From: an uncultured bacterium
Lineage (GTDB): Bacteria; Omnitrophota; Omnitrophia; Omnitrophales; Aquincolibacteriaceae
DNA: 64,000 bases
Assembly (NCBI GenBank): GCA_964482725.1
Contig: CAYZYT010000007.1
Coordinates: forward strand, 19,875-83,874
Direction: 5' to 3'
Positions 27,249-37,910 of the stretch are shown one piece after another (the first letter of the stretch is position 1; the number at the start of each line of letters is the position of its first letter). The notes below the pieces were generated by a model. It did no database searches. It was not told where the DNA came from and saw only the letters and a program-made list of their open reading frames with translations. Position numbers and translations under genes: made by a program.

Positions 27249-29102
27249 ATGACGACCCAGAAAAGACGTAAAGATGTCCGGAATGTCGCTATTGTCGCTC
27301 ACGTTGACCACGGCAAGACCACGCTTGTCGATGCGCTTTTAAAACAGAGCGGTGCTTACAAGTTCGAGGAAGGCGAATCCACGATCATGGATTCGAACGA
27401 CCTGGAACGCGAGCGCGGCATCACGATCTTTTCCAAGAACGCCTCCTTCCGTTACAAGGATGTCCAGTTCAATATCGTTGATACCCCCGGCCATGCGGAT
27501 TTCGGAAGCGAAGTCGAGCGCATTCTTAAAATGGTCGATGGGGTGCTTCTGTTGGTCGACGCCTATGACGGGCCGATGCCTCAGACCAAGTTTGTTTTGA
27601 AAAAATCCCTCGCCCTGCATTTAAAACCTATTTTGGTGGTCAATAAGATCGATCGGGCGAATTGCCGTCCGCACGAAGTGGCGGACATGACCTTTGATCT
27701 TTTTTGCGAATTGAACGCGACCGAAGAACAGCTGGATTTTCCGATCGTTTACGCTTCGGGACGGGAAGGTTGGGCTGCGCTGGACCTTGAGGATGAACGC
27801 AAGGATATGACGCCGCTTCTCGAGACCATTTTGCACCGCGTGCTGCCGCCGATCGCCGATCCCGAACAGCCATTCCAGATGCTTGTGACCATGCTGGATT
27901 ATGATAATTATGTCGGGCGTATTGCGATCGGACGTATTGCTCATGGACAGATCCGTTATGGTGATTCCATGGTCGTGGTGAAACATGGAGGGGAAGTGAT
28001 CCGCGGTAAGGTGACCAAGATCCTGAAGTATCAAGGACTCAAACGCATTGAGGCTCAGGACGCGATGGCGGGGGATATTATCTCGATCGCCGGGATCGAT
28101 GATATCAAGGTGGGAGAAACGCTGGCCGATCCGAACAAGCCTGAGGCGTTGCCGACCATCAAGATCGATGAGCCGACGATCTCTATGAATTTTTCACACA
28201 ACACCAGCCCCTTGGCTGGAAAAGACGGCGGCCGGTTCCTGACCTCCCGCCACATCCGTGACCGGCTGGCGCATGAAGCCATGATGAATGTCGGCGTGAA
28301 GGTGGAAGAAGTGGAAGGCGGGGAGCGCTTTAAGGTTTCCGGACGAGGAGAGTTGCATCTTGCGATCCTGATCGAGACGATGCGCCGCGAAGGCTATGAG
28401 CTGGAGGTTTCGCCTCCCAAAGTCATTGTAAAAACGATCGAGGGAGAACTCTACGAACCTGTGGAAGAAGTCACCATCGAAGTGGATCCCGGCTATCAGG
28501 GTTCTGTGATCGAAGCTCTAGGGAAACGTCGCGCTGAGATGAAGCATATGGCCATGAGTGCGGTAGGGGGAACGGTGCGTATGGAATTTTTGGTCGCATC
28601 ACGCGCGCTCCTGGGTTTCCGCAACGAATTCATGGTGATGACGCGCGGCACCGGGATGATGTATCAGAATTTTTTTGAATACCAGCCGTTCAAGGGTGAA
28701 ATGCCTGAGCGTCAATCCGGGGTGCAGATCTCCCAATTTGACGGCAAGGCGGTCGCCTATTCGCTTTGGGGTCTCCAGGAACGCGGGGAGATCTTTGTTC
28801 AACCCGGTACGATCCTATACGAAGGGATGATCATCGGCGTGAACAATAAAGGCCATGACCTGGTCGTGAACGCGATCCGTGAGAAAAAGCAGACCAATAT
28901 GCGCTCCTCCGGCGCCGATGAAGCGATCCAGCTGATCACCCCCAGGGAAATAACCTTGGAATTTGCCCTCGAGTTCATCGAAGAGGACGAGCTTGTGGAG
29001 ATCACGCCGAAGAATGTCCGGCTGCGTAAAAGGTATCTGACCGAGAACGAGCGTAAGGCGATGGCGCGTGTGGCCGTGGGCAAACGCCTCGGTTCGTCTT
29101 AG
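27249..29102 (+). CDS. typA: Translational GTPase TypA/BipA
   Basis: [39 protein letters not shown] and [13 protein letters not shown]. Confidence 0.97.
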   Translation: MTTQKRRKDVRNVAIVAHVDHGKTTLVDALLKQSGAYKFEEGESTIMDSNDLERERGITIFSKNASFRYKDVQFNIVDTPGHADFGSEVERILKMVDGVLLLVDAYDGPMPQTKFVLKKSLALHLKPILVVNKIDRANCRPHEVADMTFDLFCELNATEEQLDFPIVYASGREGWAALDLEDERKDMTPLLETILHRVLPPIADPEQPFQMLVTMLDYDNYVGRIAIGRIAHGQIRYGDSMVVVKHGGEVIRGKVTKILKYQGLKRIEAQDAMAGDIISIAGIDDIKVGETLADPNKPEALPTIKIDEPTISMNFSHNTSPLAGKDGGRFLTSRHIRDRLAHEAMMNVGVKVEEVEGGERFKVSGRGELHLAILIETMRREGYELEVSPPKVIVKTIEGELYEPVEEVTIEVDPGYQGSVIEALGKRRAEMKHMAMSAVGGTVRMEFLVASRALLGFRNEFMVMTRGTGMMYQNFFEYQPFKGEMPERQSGVQISQFDGKAVAYSLWGLQERGEIFVQPGTILYEGMIIGVNNKGHDLVVNAIREKKQTNMRSSGADEAIQLITPREITLEFALEFIEEDELVEITPKNVRLRKRYLTENERKAMARVAVGKRLGSS

Positions 29103-29134
29103 CTCGAACTATCCAAAAAGAGAAAGGAAAAGCT

Positions 29135-29743
29135 ATGAAAAAATGGTTCCTGCTTTCTTATTGTCTTCTTCTTGCGGGATGCGCGTCGCAAGCTCCCCAA
29201 GTTGTCCCGGTTGCGACACCGGTTCCAGTGACGAACGTCGCTTCGACACCAACCCCTGAAACAGCAAAGGATGACACTATCGTGAAGATCAAGATCGAAA
29301 CCACGCTGGGAGATATTTACGCGGATCTGTATGAAGCGGAAGCGCCGAAGACGGTGGAGAATTTTGTGACGCTCGCAAAAAAAGGTTTTTATGACGGGAT
29401 CATTTTTCATCGCGTCATTCCGAATTTTATGATCCAGACCGGTGATCCGACAGGCACGGGCATGGGCGGGCCGGGGTATCAGTTTAAAGATGAGTTTTCA
29501 AGCAAGCTGCGTCATGACAAACCGGGCGTGCTTTCCATGGCGAATTCCGGGCCCAATACCAATGGCAGTCAGTTCTTTATCACGGAGGTTCCGACTCCTC
29601 ACCTCGATAACCGTCATTCGGTCTTCGGTCAGGTGACCGGAGGGATGGACGTGGTGCTCGCGATTGCCAACGCGCCTCGAGACCGACAGGACAAGCCGGT
29701 TACGAAGATCGCGATGAATAAAGTCGTCGTCCTTTCAAAATAA
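29135..29743 (+). CDS. Cyclophilin-type peptidyl-prolyl isomerase, lipoprotein
   Basis: Lipobox LLLAGC; [15 protein letters not shown] and [16 protein letters not shown]. Confidence 0.94.
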   Translation: MKKWFLLSYCLLLAGCASQAPQVVPVATPVPVTNVASTPTPETAKDDTIVKIKIETTLGDIYADLYEAEAPKTVENFVTLAKKGFYDGIIFHRVIPNFMIQTGDPTGTGMGGPGYQFKDEFSSKLRHDKPGVLSMANSGPNTNGSQFFITEVPTPHLDNRHSVFGQVTGGMDVVLAIANAPRDRQDKPVTKIAMNKVVVLSK

Positions 29744-29749
29744 TGTTTT

Positions 29750-29793
29750 AAAAGGGACAGTCCCCGTTTTTGCTGGGGGCCGTCCCTTTTTTT
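29750..29793 (+). terminator. Probable intrinsic terminator
   Basis: aaaagggacagtcccc...gggggccgtccc-ttttttt. Confidence 0.7.
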
Positions 29794-29806
29794 GTTCGGG
29801 GGGATC

Positions 29807-31060
29807 ATGCTGGAAAGATCCTGGGATGTTGTGATCGTGGGAGCGGGACCGGCGGGTCTTATGGCGGCGATCCCTTGTGCCGGAGCCGGGCTCCGGACCT
29901 TGGTGCTCGATGGCCGCGAGACGATCGGGGCGAAGCTTCTTATCTCCGGCGGCGGCCGTTGCAATGTGACGAATCTTAAAGTCAGCGAAAAGGATTATCA
30001 GTCCGGCGAACCTCGGACTGTCCGCAATATTCTTCGAGCTTTTCCTTCGGAACGCACGTTGGCATTTTTTAGAGCCTTCGGTGTGGAAATGGTCCTCGAG
30101 GAAGGGACGAAATACTTTCCAGAGAAACAATCCGCGAAAATTGTCCTCCAGGCCTTGCTTCAGGCTTCCATCCGCTCCGGTGTCGTGATCGGAAAGGGAA
30201 AAAAGGTCCAAGCCGTTTCCAAGGAGCGCGGGATCTTTCGTGTCTCCGGAGAGGGCTTTGAATATTTCTCTAAAATACTCGTGATCGCGACCGGGGGTTT
30301 GTCGTACCCGGAGACCGGGAGCGACGGTTCCGGCTACTCTCTCGCGAAAGCATTGGGACATTCGATGGTTCCGACCACTCCGGCTCTTACGCCTCTCATC
30401 ACGGATGACCCTGCGTGGAAAAGCCTAGCGGGGATTACCCTGCCGGTCGAGCTTTCGATCCATGCGAAGGGAAAAAGGATCGCTCACAGTGGCGGTGCGT
30501 TGCTTTTTACCCATATCGGATTCAGCGGACCCGCGGTGCTTGATATCAGCGGACCCTGGCTCCGGTGTGAAGCGGAGCACAAAGATCTTTTCGCGAATTT
30601 TCTTCCTGCGTTCCGCGAAGCGGATCTTTTGACGGAATGGGCGAGTTTAGTCTCGAGGTGCCCAGATCGGAGCTGGAAGCGGGCCCTTATGCAATATTTC
30701 CCGGAACGGCTCGTGGAGGTCCTTCTTGGAAAATGCGGTATGGATTCCAGGAAGCGGCTCGATCAAATTTCTAAAAAGGAAAGGGAATCCTTTCTTCGTT
30801 CGCTTTTCCGCTATCCGGTCAAGGTGACGGGTTCTCAAGGGTATGAAAAGGCCGAGGTCACGGCCGGCGGGGTGGACCTCCGGGATGTCGACGCGAAGAC
30901 CCTGGAGTCCCATGTGTGCGCCAGGCTTTTTTTTGCAGGAGAGATCCTGGACGTGGATGGACGCATCGGTGGGTTCAATTTCCAATGGGCTTGGGCGAGC
31001 GGGACTGTCGTCGGTCGGGCGATCCTGCGAGGATTATCAAGCGTCCCGGTTCCCGCATAG
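29807..31060 (+). CDS. HI0933/YhiN-family NAD(P)/FAD-dependent oxidoreductase
   Basis: GAGPAG, KLLISGGGRCNVTN, ATGGLSYPETGSDGSG and GGFNFQWAWASG. Confidence 0.93.
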   Translation: MLERSWDVVIVGAGPAGLMAAIPCAGAGLRTLVLDGRETIGAKLLISGGGRCNVTNLKVSEKDYQSGEPRTVRNILRAFPSERTLAFFRAFGVEMVLEEGTKYFPEKQSAKIVLQALLQASIRSGVVIGKGKKVQAVSKERGIFRVSGEGFEYFSKILVIATGGLSYPETGSDGSGYSLAKALGHSMVPTTPALTPLITDDPAWKSLAGITLPVELSIHAKGKRIAHSGGALLFTHIGFSGPAVLDISGPWLRCEAEHKDLFANFLPAFREADLLTEWASLVSRCPDRSWKRALMQYFPERLVEVLLGKCGMDSRKRLDQISKKERESFLRSLFRYPVKVTGSQGYEKAEVTAGGVDLRDVDAKTLESHVCARLFFAGEILDVDGRIGGFNFQWAWASGTVVGRAILRGLSSVPVPA

Positions 31061-31245
31061 AACGGGTTGAAAAGCAGGGCAGCCCTCCTGGGGGGAAAAT
31101 ATTGAAGACCCGTCGATCAAGCCGCCTTGCGTTCCGGCCGTTATATAGGAACACGAATGTCATGGCCAGCGCGTGTTTTTATGAGTAGATTATGGACGTA
31201 AGAACTACCGCCCTCATGGATCGAACAATTTAAACGAGGTCTTTC

Positions 31246-32733
31246 ATGAACCCCGTTAGAAACCAAAATTTTAAAATGTTTCATATCAACAAACTATCCG
31301 TGGAGGGTATCGTGACCTGGCGAAGACGTGTGAAGTTGGGGGCCGTTTCTAACGGGGTGAAGAAAAAAATTTTTTCCTTTCTGGCGTTCCTTTTCGTCCT
31401 TTCTTCGGTCGCTTATGCCGCCGAGGAGCTTCCTCCGCTCCCCAAGGGCCCGATGATCCTCACAAGCGCTACGCCGGCGATGCAATCCGCGGATTACTGG
31501 ATCAAACGTATCCCTGGTGCGGAAAAGCCCATCAAGACGATGGACCAAATGAAACATTTCAACGAAGAGATCAAGAATATGGTGCCCGAAAATATTGATG
31601 TGCTTAAGCTCGACAAGAGCCGTCCGGGTAAGGCCGTCAGCGATCAACTCCAGCTTGAGTACGACACGCTCAAGAACCGCAAGCTTTTTGATGAGAACGA
31701 TAAAGTCGTTCCCAAGAATTTCTTTGAGGACGAGATCAAGCCGCTTGTGCAGATCCCCCAGGTGCCGTCTAAAATCAAAGTAGTGTGGGGGGTGGCGACG
31801 CGAGCCACTTCGGTACGCGCGATCCCGACCATGGTGAAGATGATCGAAGGCAAGGGAGATGTCGAGTTTGACCAGTTGCAATATACGTTGATCAAGCTTT
31901 GGACGCCGGTGGCGATCTATCATCAATCCAGCGACGGGAAATGGTTCTATATTCAAGCCCCGTACGTTCGGGGGTGGGTCAAGTCGAAGGATATCGCGAT
32001 CTTTGAAGGTCGGGAAGAGCTTAAGACGCGTCTCAAGTCCGGAAGTTTTCTCGTGGTGACCGGGGAAAGCGTGCGTGTGTTCCGGGATGCGGGATTGAAA
32101 GATGTTTTTCAGCGGCTGAGCATGGGAACCGTGATCCCGATGGCTTCTTCCAAGTTTCCCGATGGACCCTATCCTGTGTGGATGCCGTACCGTAAAGAGG
32201 GCGGGGATGTTGGGCTTACAAAGTGTTATATCAGCCGGAAGAGCGATGTGACCAAAGGCTTCCCTGTCTACAGTCAGGCGAATGTGATCCGCCAGGCGTT
32301 TAAGCTTTTGGGCCAGCGCTATGGTTGGGGCGGGCAATACAACGGCCGCGATTGTTCGGGATTTACCCATGACGTTTTCTTGAGCTTGGGCGTTGACCTG
32401 CCGCGTGATTCGAAACAACAGGCCATGGTCGGAACGCAGCTGGGGTATTTTGAACCTTTCCAGAATGACGCGGAAAGAAAAGCAGCCCTGAGGTCCGCGC
32501 GACCCGGGATCACGCTTATGAAGATGCCGCATCATCAGATGATCTACCTCGGGACGGTGAACGATCAGTTCTACACCATCCACTCGACTTGGGCCGAGCG
32601 TACCGGCGACGACCGGCTGGCGGACGAAAAGAACCGGATCAATCAGGTGGTCGTCTCTGACCTGGAGCTGAACGGCCGTTCCTATGTGGGATCGCTCTTT
32701 GACCGAATTGTTTCTATCAATGAGGTTGACTAG
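31246..32733 (+). CDS. Exported SH3 + NlpC/P60 peptidoglycan endopeptidase
   Basis: Signal peptide KKKIFSFLAFLFVLSSVAYA from GTG 31357; YGWGG...RDCSGF, LPRDS, HQMIYLG and IHS. The first 37 codons derive from an inserted element. Confidence 0.88.
   Translation: MNPVRNQNFKMFHINKLSVEGIVTWRRRVKLGAVSNGVKKKIFSFLAFLFVLSSVAYAAEELPPLPKGPMILTSATPAMQSADYWIKRIPGAEKPIKTMDQMKHFNEEIKNMVPENIDVLKLDKSRPGKAVSDQLQLEYDTLKNRKLFDENDKVVPKNFFEDEIKPLVQIPQVPSKIKVVWGVATRATSVRAIPTMVKMIEGKGDVEFDQLQYTLIKLWTPVAIYHQSSDGKWFYIQAPYVRGWVKSKDIAIFEGREELKTRLKSGSFLVVTGESVRVFRDAGLKDVFQRLSMGTVIPMASSKFPDGPYPVWMPYRKEGGDVGLTKCYISRKSDVTKGFPVYSQANVIRQAFKLLGQRYGWGGQYNGRDCSGFTHDVFLSLGVDLPRDSKQQAMVGTQLGYFEPFQNDAERKAALRSARPGITLMKMPHHQMIYLGTVNDQFYTIHSTWAERTGDDRLADEKNRINQVVVSDLELNGRSYVGSLFDRIVSINEVD
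31251..31357. mobile_element. Small TIR element inserted at a start codon, copy 2 (in frame)
   Basis: aTGAA-ccccgttagaaac...gtttctaacgggg-TGAAg; 107+4 = 111 nt, adding MNPVR...SNGV. Confidence 0.78.
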
Positions 32734-32734
32734 G

Positions 32735-33286
32735 GTGTCTCGGAAATATTGGCTCCTGTTGTTTGTTTTAATTCTGATCCTGCCAGGTAGTTTTCTCGTT
32801 GCTGAAGAAGTTGCAATGCCTTCTAAAGGATTTTCGCTCCAGCCCTCCAGGGATTGGATCGAATTACCGCTCCCGTTCCAGGGCGTGGTGGTCTCCTATG
32901 GGAAAAAAGGGACTTTAGCCACATTCCATATCACGGAGAGAGATCTCGGGGGTGTTAGAACTGTTGAACAGTTGAAATGGGAAGATCTCTTTAGCCCGGA
33001 ATTCGGGTCGATCGATATCCGTACCCAGAGCACGACCCTCCTGGGGGGTGAAAAAGCAAGGTTTTGCATTTATACGCTGAAGCCGGGCGAGTTCAAGAAA
33101 ACCATGGAAGGTAAACTTCCGGCCAAGTACATCAATTATGTCCTGATCCACCAGGGAAAGCTTTTTTCTATCACGTTTAAAGATACGGAAGACGGGTTTT
33201 CTTTATCCTATCCTTCGTTTCTTGCCGCGATCCGAACGCTTCGGTTCGATGCGTCGAAACCACTACCTCAAAGGAAACTGACATGA
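32735..33286 (+). CDS. Hypothetical exported protein (possibly PsbP/DcrB-like fold)
   Basis: N-terminal hydrophobic segment; TTLLGGEKARF and GKLFSITF...FLAAIRTLRF pattern; start uncertain. Confidence 0.6.
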   Translation: MSRKYWLLLFVLILILPGSFLVAEEVAMPSKGFSLQPSRDWIELPLPFQGVVVSYGKKGTLATFHITERDLGGVRTVEQLKWEDLFSPEFGSIDIRTQSTTLLGGEKARFCIYTLKPGEFKKTMEGKLPAKYINYVLIHQGKLFSITFKDTEDGFSLSYPSFLAAIRTLRFDASKPLPQRKLT

Positions 33287-33669
33287 CATTCCAAGAATTT
33301 CTCAATAGCATTCAAACGATAAGAATCGAAGAATCGCGCGCTCAAACGAATGAGTATTTTGAGGCCGTGATCGCCAAGGAAGGTCTCGACGCTTTGCATA
33401 AGATCTTGGCCCAATATTTCGGGCCGCCTATAAAGCCCGAAGGGAGTGCCCCTTCTTTGAAAGTGAAATATATCGCTGCCCCCTACGGAGGAATACGCAA
33501 GGAGCAGACGATGTATTTTCACAAAACCGGAGATCATGCTGAATGCGCTCTTCTCTGGCCATGGGGAAGTGGTGCTCGTATCACGATCAAGGTCAGTCAG
33601 TCCAAGGAGGCTGGTTCGGAGAGAAGCTTTAGTAGGTTTTTTAAAAAACTGTTCTCCTTTAAGTTTTAA
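33283..33669 (+). CDS. Hypothetical protein
   Basis: ATGA overlap with the upstream stop, AGGA RBS, 128 aa. Confidence 0.65.
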   Translation: MTFQEFLNSIQTIRIEESRAQTNEYFEAVIAKEGLDALHKILAQYFGPPIKPEGSAPSLKVKYIAAPYGGIRKEQTMYFHKTGDHAECALLWPWGSGARITIKVSQSKEAGSERSFSRFFKKLFSFKF

Positions 33670-33724
33670 GAGCGTCTCAACCTGTTTATTCGCAATAGCT
33701 TACAAAAGGAGTTTTTTTGAGCTC

Positions 33725-33757
33725 TAACTGGACAAAAACAGTCTGGTTTGTTATACT
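33725..33757 (+). promoter_or_regulatory. suf operon promoter with an IscR-type-1-like Rrf2 box
   Basis: TGGACA-17-TATACT overlapped by aactgGAC-aaaaaca-GTCtggtt. Confidence 0.6.
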
Positions 33758-33785
33758 TCACGCATTCCTAAAAGAATAGAGATCT

Positions 33786-34247
33786 ATGAGATATACCACG
33801 AAGACAGAATATGGAGTGATTTGCCTTGCGCATATGGCCAAGAAACCTTGGCCCGGGGCGAGTATTGCTAAAGAGATTGCCGAGCACGAAGGATTCTCTG
33901 TGAGCTTTACGGAGAAGATCCTGCAGGGTTTGAGGCGGGCCGGTATTGCCACCTCTCAACAGGGGAACAAAGGCGGGTGGACCTTGACCCGTCCCTCCAC
34001 CGAGATCACCCTCAAAGAGATCATCGAAGCTTTGGAGGGAAGCACGTTCGAGGCTTTTTGCGACATCAAACACCGGAAAAGCATTGTTTGTACTCATTTT
34101 TCATTATGTAAGCTGAAGCCGGTTTGGTACAAAACCCAAAAAACGCTGGATGAGCTTTACCAGACGATCACACTCCAAATGATCGCTGAAGATGCGATAA
34201 GCCTCCCAAAATTTGAACTGGGAGTTGTCGCGGAGAAGAAGTCATGA
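33786..34247 (+). CDS. Rrf2-family regulator of the suf operon
   Basis: [26 protein letters not shown] and three Cys in the C-terminal half; translationally coupled to sufB. Confidence 0.9.
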   Translation: MRYTTKTEYGVICLAHMAKKPWPGASIAKEIAEHEGFSVSFTEKILQGLRRAGIATSQQGNKGGWTLTRPSTEITLKEIIEALEGSTFEAFCDIKHRKSIVCTHFSLCKLKPVWYKTQKTLDELYQTITLQMIAEDAISLPKFELGVVAEKKS

Positions 34248-35680
34248 CTGACGCAGAGTCTCTAATCCCCAAGGATTACGCTTACGGATTTGTGACCCCG
34301 GTCGAATCGGATGCCGCACCGCGCGGCCTGAACGAGGGTACGATCCGTTTCATTTCCAAAAAGAAAAATGAGCCTGCCTTTATGCTCGAGTGGCGGCTCG
34401 CCGCTTATCGCGAATGGCTCAAGATGAAAGAGCCGGACTGGGCAAGCGTCCTTTACCCCAAGATCGATTATCAGGACATCATCTATTATTCCGCGCCGAA
34501 ACAAAAAAAAGACGGTCCCCAGAGCTTGGCTGATGTCGATCAGGAAGTCCTCAAGACCTATGAGAAACTCGGGATCCCGCTCGAGGAGCAGAAGATCCTT
34601 GCGGGGGTCGCCGTCGATGCGGTTTTTGACAGTGTCTCGGTCGCGACGACCTACAAAGCGAAGCTCAAGGAATACGGGATCATTTTTTGCTCTTTTTCGG
34701 AGGCGGTACGGGAGCATCCGGAACTGATAAAAAAATATCTGGGTTCGGTGGTGCCGGTGAAGGATAACTTTTTTGCGGCGCTTAATTCTGCGGTCTTTAG
34801 CGACGGCTCTTTTTGCTATATCCCGAAGGGGGTGCGCTGTCCAATGGAGCTTTCCACTTACTTCCGGATCAATGCCATGGATACCGGACAATTCGAGCGG
34901 ACCCTGATCGTCGCCGATCAAGGGAGTTTTGTAAGCTATCTTGAAGGCTGCACCGCGCCGATCCGCGATAAGAACCAGCTTCACGCCGCGGTGGTGGAAC
35001 TCGTGGCCCATGAAAAGGCCTCGATCAAATATTCGACGGTGCAGAATTGGTACGCCGGAGACAAGGAAGGCAAGGGCGGTATTTATAATTTTGTGACGAA
35101 ACGAGGACTCTGTGAAGGCGCGCATTCCAAGATCTCCTGGACGCAGGTCGAAACCGGCTCCTCGATCACATGGAAATATCCGAGCTGCATCCTTCAAGGG
35201 GATCACTCGGTCGGAGAATTTTATTCCGTAGCCGTCGTGAATAACCACCAGCAGGCCGATACCGGCACCAAGATGATCCATCTCGGGAAAAACACCAAAA
35301 GCACGATCATTTCCAAAGGTATTTCGGCGCGCTTCGGCAAGAACACCTATCGAGGCCTTGTGAAGATGGTGCCGAAGGCCGTGGGCTCTCGCAATTACAC
35401 GCAATGCGATTCGCTTTTGATGGGGGACCGCTGCAGTGCGAACACATTCCCCACGCTGGAGGTGAGTAACCGGACTTCACGGGCCGAACATGAGGCTACG
35501 ACCTCAAGGATCAACGAGGACCAGCTCTTTTATTGCCGGCAGCGCGGCATGTCCCAAGAGAATGCGATCTCGATGATCGTGCACGGATTCTGCAAGGAAG
35601 TGTTCAAGAATCTGCCGATGGAATTTGCCGTTGAGGCGCAGAAATTGATGAATGTGACGCTGGAGGGAAGTGTTGGGTAA
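34244..35680 (+). CDS. sufB: Fe-S cluster assembly protein SufB
   Basis: [36 protein letters not shown] and EHEATTS. Confidence 0.97.
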   Translation: MTDAESLIPKDYAYGFVTPVESDAAPRGLNEGTIRFISKKKNEPAFMLEWRLAAYREWLKMKEPDWASVLYPKIDYQDIIYYSAPKQKKDGPQSLADVDQEVLKTYEKLGIPLEEQKILAGVAVDAVFDSVSVATTYKAKLKEYGIIFCSFSEAVREHPELIKKYLGSVVPVKDNFFAALNSAVFSDGSFCYIPKGVRCPMELSTYFRINAMDTGQFERTLIVADQGSFVSYLEGCTAPIRDKNQLHAAVVELVAHEKASIKYSTVQNWYAGDKEGKGGIYNFVTKRGLCEGAHSKISWTQVETGSSITWKYPSCILQGDHSVGEFYSVAVVNNHQQADTGTKMIHLGKNTKSTIISKGISARFGKNTYRGLVKMVPKAVGSRNYTQCDSLLMGDRCSANTFPTLEVSNRTSRAEHEATTSRINEDQLFYCRQRGMSQENAISMIVHGFCKEVFKNLPMEFAVEAQKLMNVTLEGSVG

Positions 35681-35683
35681 AGG

Positions 35684-35753
35684 ACGCATGGCGCAAGCCA
35701 CACGCCACACGAAGCTTTCCTCTCTGGGGCAGGTGGCTTTGTGGCTCGTGGCC
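35684..35753. repeat. 7-nt-period imperfect palindrome (GCCAC-type)
   Basis: gcaagccacacgccacacg ... gtggctttgtggctcgtggc in the sufB-sufC spacer. Confidence 0.55.
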
Positions 35754-35770
35754 ATAATTAGGGAGACATT

Positions 35771-36514
35771 ATGTTAGAGATCAAAAATTTACATGTCAGC
35801 GTTGAAGGTGTCGAGATCCTGAAAGGGATCGATCTTTCGGTCAAGGCCGGAGAGGTGCATGCCATCATGGGGCCGAACGGCTCGGGAAAAAGCACGCTTA
35901 CGCGTGTCCTGGCCGGTCATCCGTCGTATGTCGTGACGCAGGGGAGCGCGACGTATGAAGGGAAAGACCTTTTTCAAATGGCGATCGAGGACCGGGCGCG
36001 CCAGGGAGTTTTTCTCGCGTTCCAGTATCCGATCGATATCCCGGGCGTGAATAACGCCTATTTTCTAAAAGCCGCCGTGAACGAAACCCGGAAAGCCAAA
36101 GGCCTTGAAGAACTGGACGCCATGGAGTTCCTGGAATTCCTCAAAGAGAAAATGAAACTCGTGGAAATGGATGAGAGCTTCCTCAATCGTCCCGTGAACG
36201 AGGGTTTTTCGGGCGGCGAGAAGAAACGCAACGAGATCCTCCAATTGGCGGCGCTCTCGCCCAAACTCGCTATTCTGGATGAAACCGATTCGGGATTGGA
36301 TATCGATGCCCTGAAGATCGTCTCGGAAGGTGTGAACCGTTTACGCAATCCCAGCCGCTCATTTATTCTTGTGACGCATTACCAGAGAATGCTCAACTAT
36401 ATTGCGCCGGACTATGTGCATGTCCTGATGGGCGGAAAGATCGTCCTGTCGGGCGGCAAGGACCTCGCTTTCAAACTTGAAGAAAAAGGGTATGAGTGGG
36501 TGAAAGGAGACTAG
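35771..36514 (+). CDS. sufC: Fe-S assembly ATPase SufC
   Basis: GPNGSGKST, FSGGEKKRNE and LDETDSGLDID. Confidence 0.97.
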   Translation: MLEIKNLHVSVEGVEILKGIDLSVKAGEVHAIMGPNGSGKSTLTRVLAGHPSYVVTQGSATYEGKDLFQMAIEDRARQGVFLAFQYPIDIPGVNNAYFLKAAVNETRKAKGLEELDAMEFLEFLKEKMKLVEMDESFLNRPVNEGFSGGEKKRNEILQLAALSPKLAILDETDSGLDIDALKIVSEGVNRLRNPSRSFILVTHYQRMLNYIAPDYVHVLMGGKIVLSGGKDLAFKLEEKGYEWVKGD

Positions 36515-36568
36515 GGACTACAGACGAGAGACCGGAGACTCTAGTCTCTTGTCTCGGGTCTCAAGTCC
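36515..36568. repeat. 7-nt-period palindromic element (AGAC-type)
   Basis: ggactacagacgagagaccggagact-ct-agtctcttgtctcgggtctcaagtcc. Confidence 0.75.
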
Positions 36569-36577
36569 AGTGCAACT

Positions 36578-37861
36578 ATGACTCAAGCTATGGAACCATA
36601 CATGAAAGCATACGAGAGCCTGACGGCGGGCCGCAAAGCCGAGCCCGCGTGGCTTCTCCGTCTGCGCGATGAGGCGATGGCTTCGTTCACGGCCAAGGGA
36701 TTTCCCAATACGGCGGATGAAGCCTGGCGGTATACGGATGTGACGGCGATCCGGGAGGGATGTTTTAATAGGGACGGTTCTCTCGGAAGAGAACCGTCCC
36801 TGAGTGATATGTCGAGAAGGTTCCAAGAAGGAGTTGAGATCCTGGATATCGCTGAGGCCCTTGTGAAATTTCCGGAACTCCTGCAAAAATATCTGGGCCA
36901 GTATGCGGATCCGGAGAAAAATTCTTTTACAGCTTTGAATACGGCGTTTTTCCAACACGGAAGTTTTGTCAGGATCTCCGCCGGCGTCACTTTAGACGAA
37001 CCGATCGAGATCGTTCATTCCGTCGCGCCGGACCGGAAAGGTTTTGTCTTCCAACCGCGGACGCTTATTTGGGTGGAAAAGGGCGGCAAGGCATGGGTTC
37101 GCGAGATCTACGAATCGACGGGAACGCAGCCCTATTTCACCAATGCTGTGACGGAAATTGTCCTCGAGGAAGGCGCCCGTTTGGAACATAGCAAGGTCCA
37201 GCGGGAGTCTCCGGGAGCTTTTCACATCGCGATGACGCAAGTGGCCCAGCGCCGCGGGAGTTCATTCACTTCGTTCGCGCTGTCGACCGGCGCCCGTTTG
37301 ATGCGCAATGACTGCCGCGTGACGTTGGCGGAGGAAGGCGCCTCTTGTGAGCTGAACGGGCTTTATCTGGGGGACAAGGAGCAGGTGCTGGACCAACAGA
37401 CCTTTGTGGATCATCAAAAACCGGACGGCAAAAGCGATCAGTTCTTCAAGGGACTTTTGGCCGGGAATTCCCGGGGAGTTTTTCGCGGGCATGTCATGGT
37501 GCGTCAGGACGCCCAGCGGACCGACGCGCATCAGACCAACAAGAACCTGCTTCTCTCGGATACCGCGAAGGTCGATGCCCAGCCGCAGCTTGAGATCCTG
37601 GCTGATGACGTCAAATGCAGTCACGGCGCGGCCGTCGGCCAGCTTCAGGAAGACGCCCTTTTTTATCTGCGCTCACGGGGGATCGGTGAGACGGAAGCCG
37701 GGCGCATGTTGGCTCAGGGGTTTGCTCGGGAAGTGATCGAGCATTCGAGCCTGAGTTTTATGAAGGAAGAATTGACGAAACTAATGAATGAAAAGCTGGA
37801 AAAACAATTTTGTTCGTGCAACGGTCAACGATTGACGGTCAACGAAGAGCCTTTGCGTTGA
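36578..37861 (+). CDS. sufD: Fe-S assembly protein SufD
   Basis: EAWRYTD, FTALNTAF, PQLEILADDVKCSHGA and FYLRSRGI. Confidence 0.95.
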   Translation: MTQAMEPYMKAYESLTAGRKAEPAWLLRLRDEAMASFTAKGFPNTADEAWRYTDVTAIREGCFNRDGSLGREPSLSDMSRRFQEGVEILDIAEALVKFPELLQKYLGQYADPEKNSFTALNTAFFQHGSFVRISAGVTLDEPIEIVHSVAPDRKGFVFQPRTLIWVEKGGKAWVREIYESTGTQPYFTNAVTEIVLEEGARLEHSKVQRESPGAFHIAMTQVAQRRGSSFTSFALSTGARLMRNDCRVTLAEEGASCELNGLYLGDKEQVLDQQTFVDHQKPDGKSDQFFKGLLAGNSRGVFRGHVMVRQDAQRTDAHQTNKNLLLSDTAKVDAQPQLEILADDVKCSHGAAVGQLQEDALFYLRSRGIGETEAGRMLAQGFAREVIEHSSLSFMKEELTKLMNEKLEKQFCSCNGQRLTVNEEPLR

Positions 37862-37886
37862 TCTTTGCTCGTTGTTCGTTGACCCG
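37814..37886. repeat. 7-nt-period palindrome (AACG-type) overlapping the sufD 3' end
   Basis: caacggtcaacgattgacggtcaacg ... cgttgatctttgctcgttgttcgttgacc. Confidence 0.6.
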
Positions 37887-37910
37887 ATTTTAAAATGATG
37901 AGGCCATAAA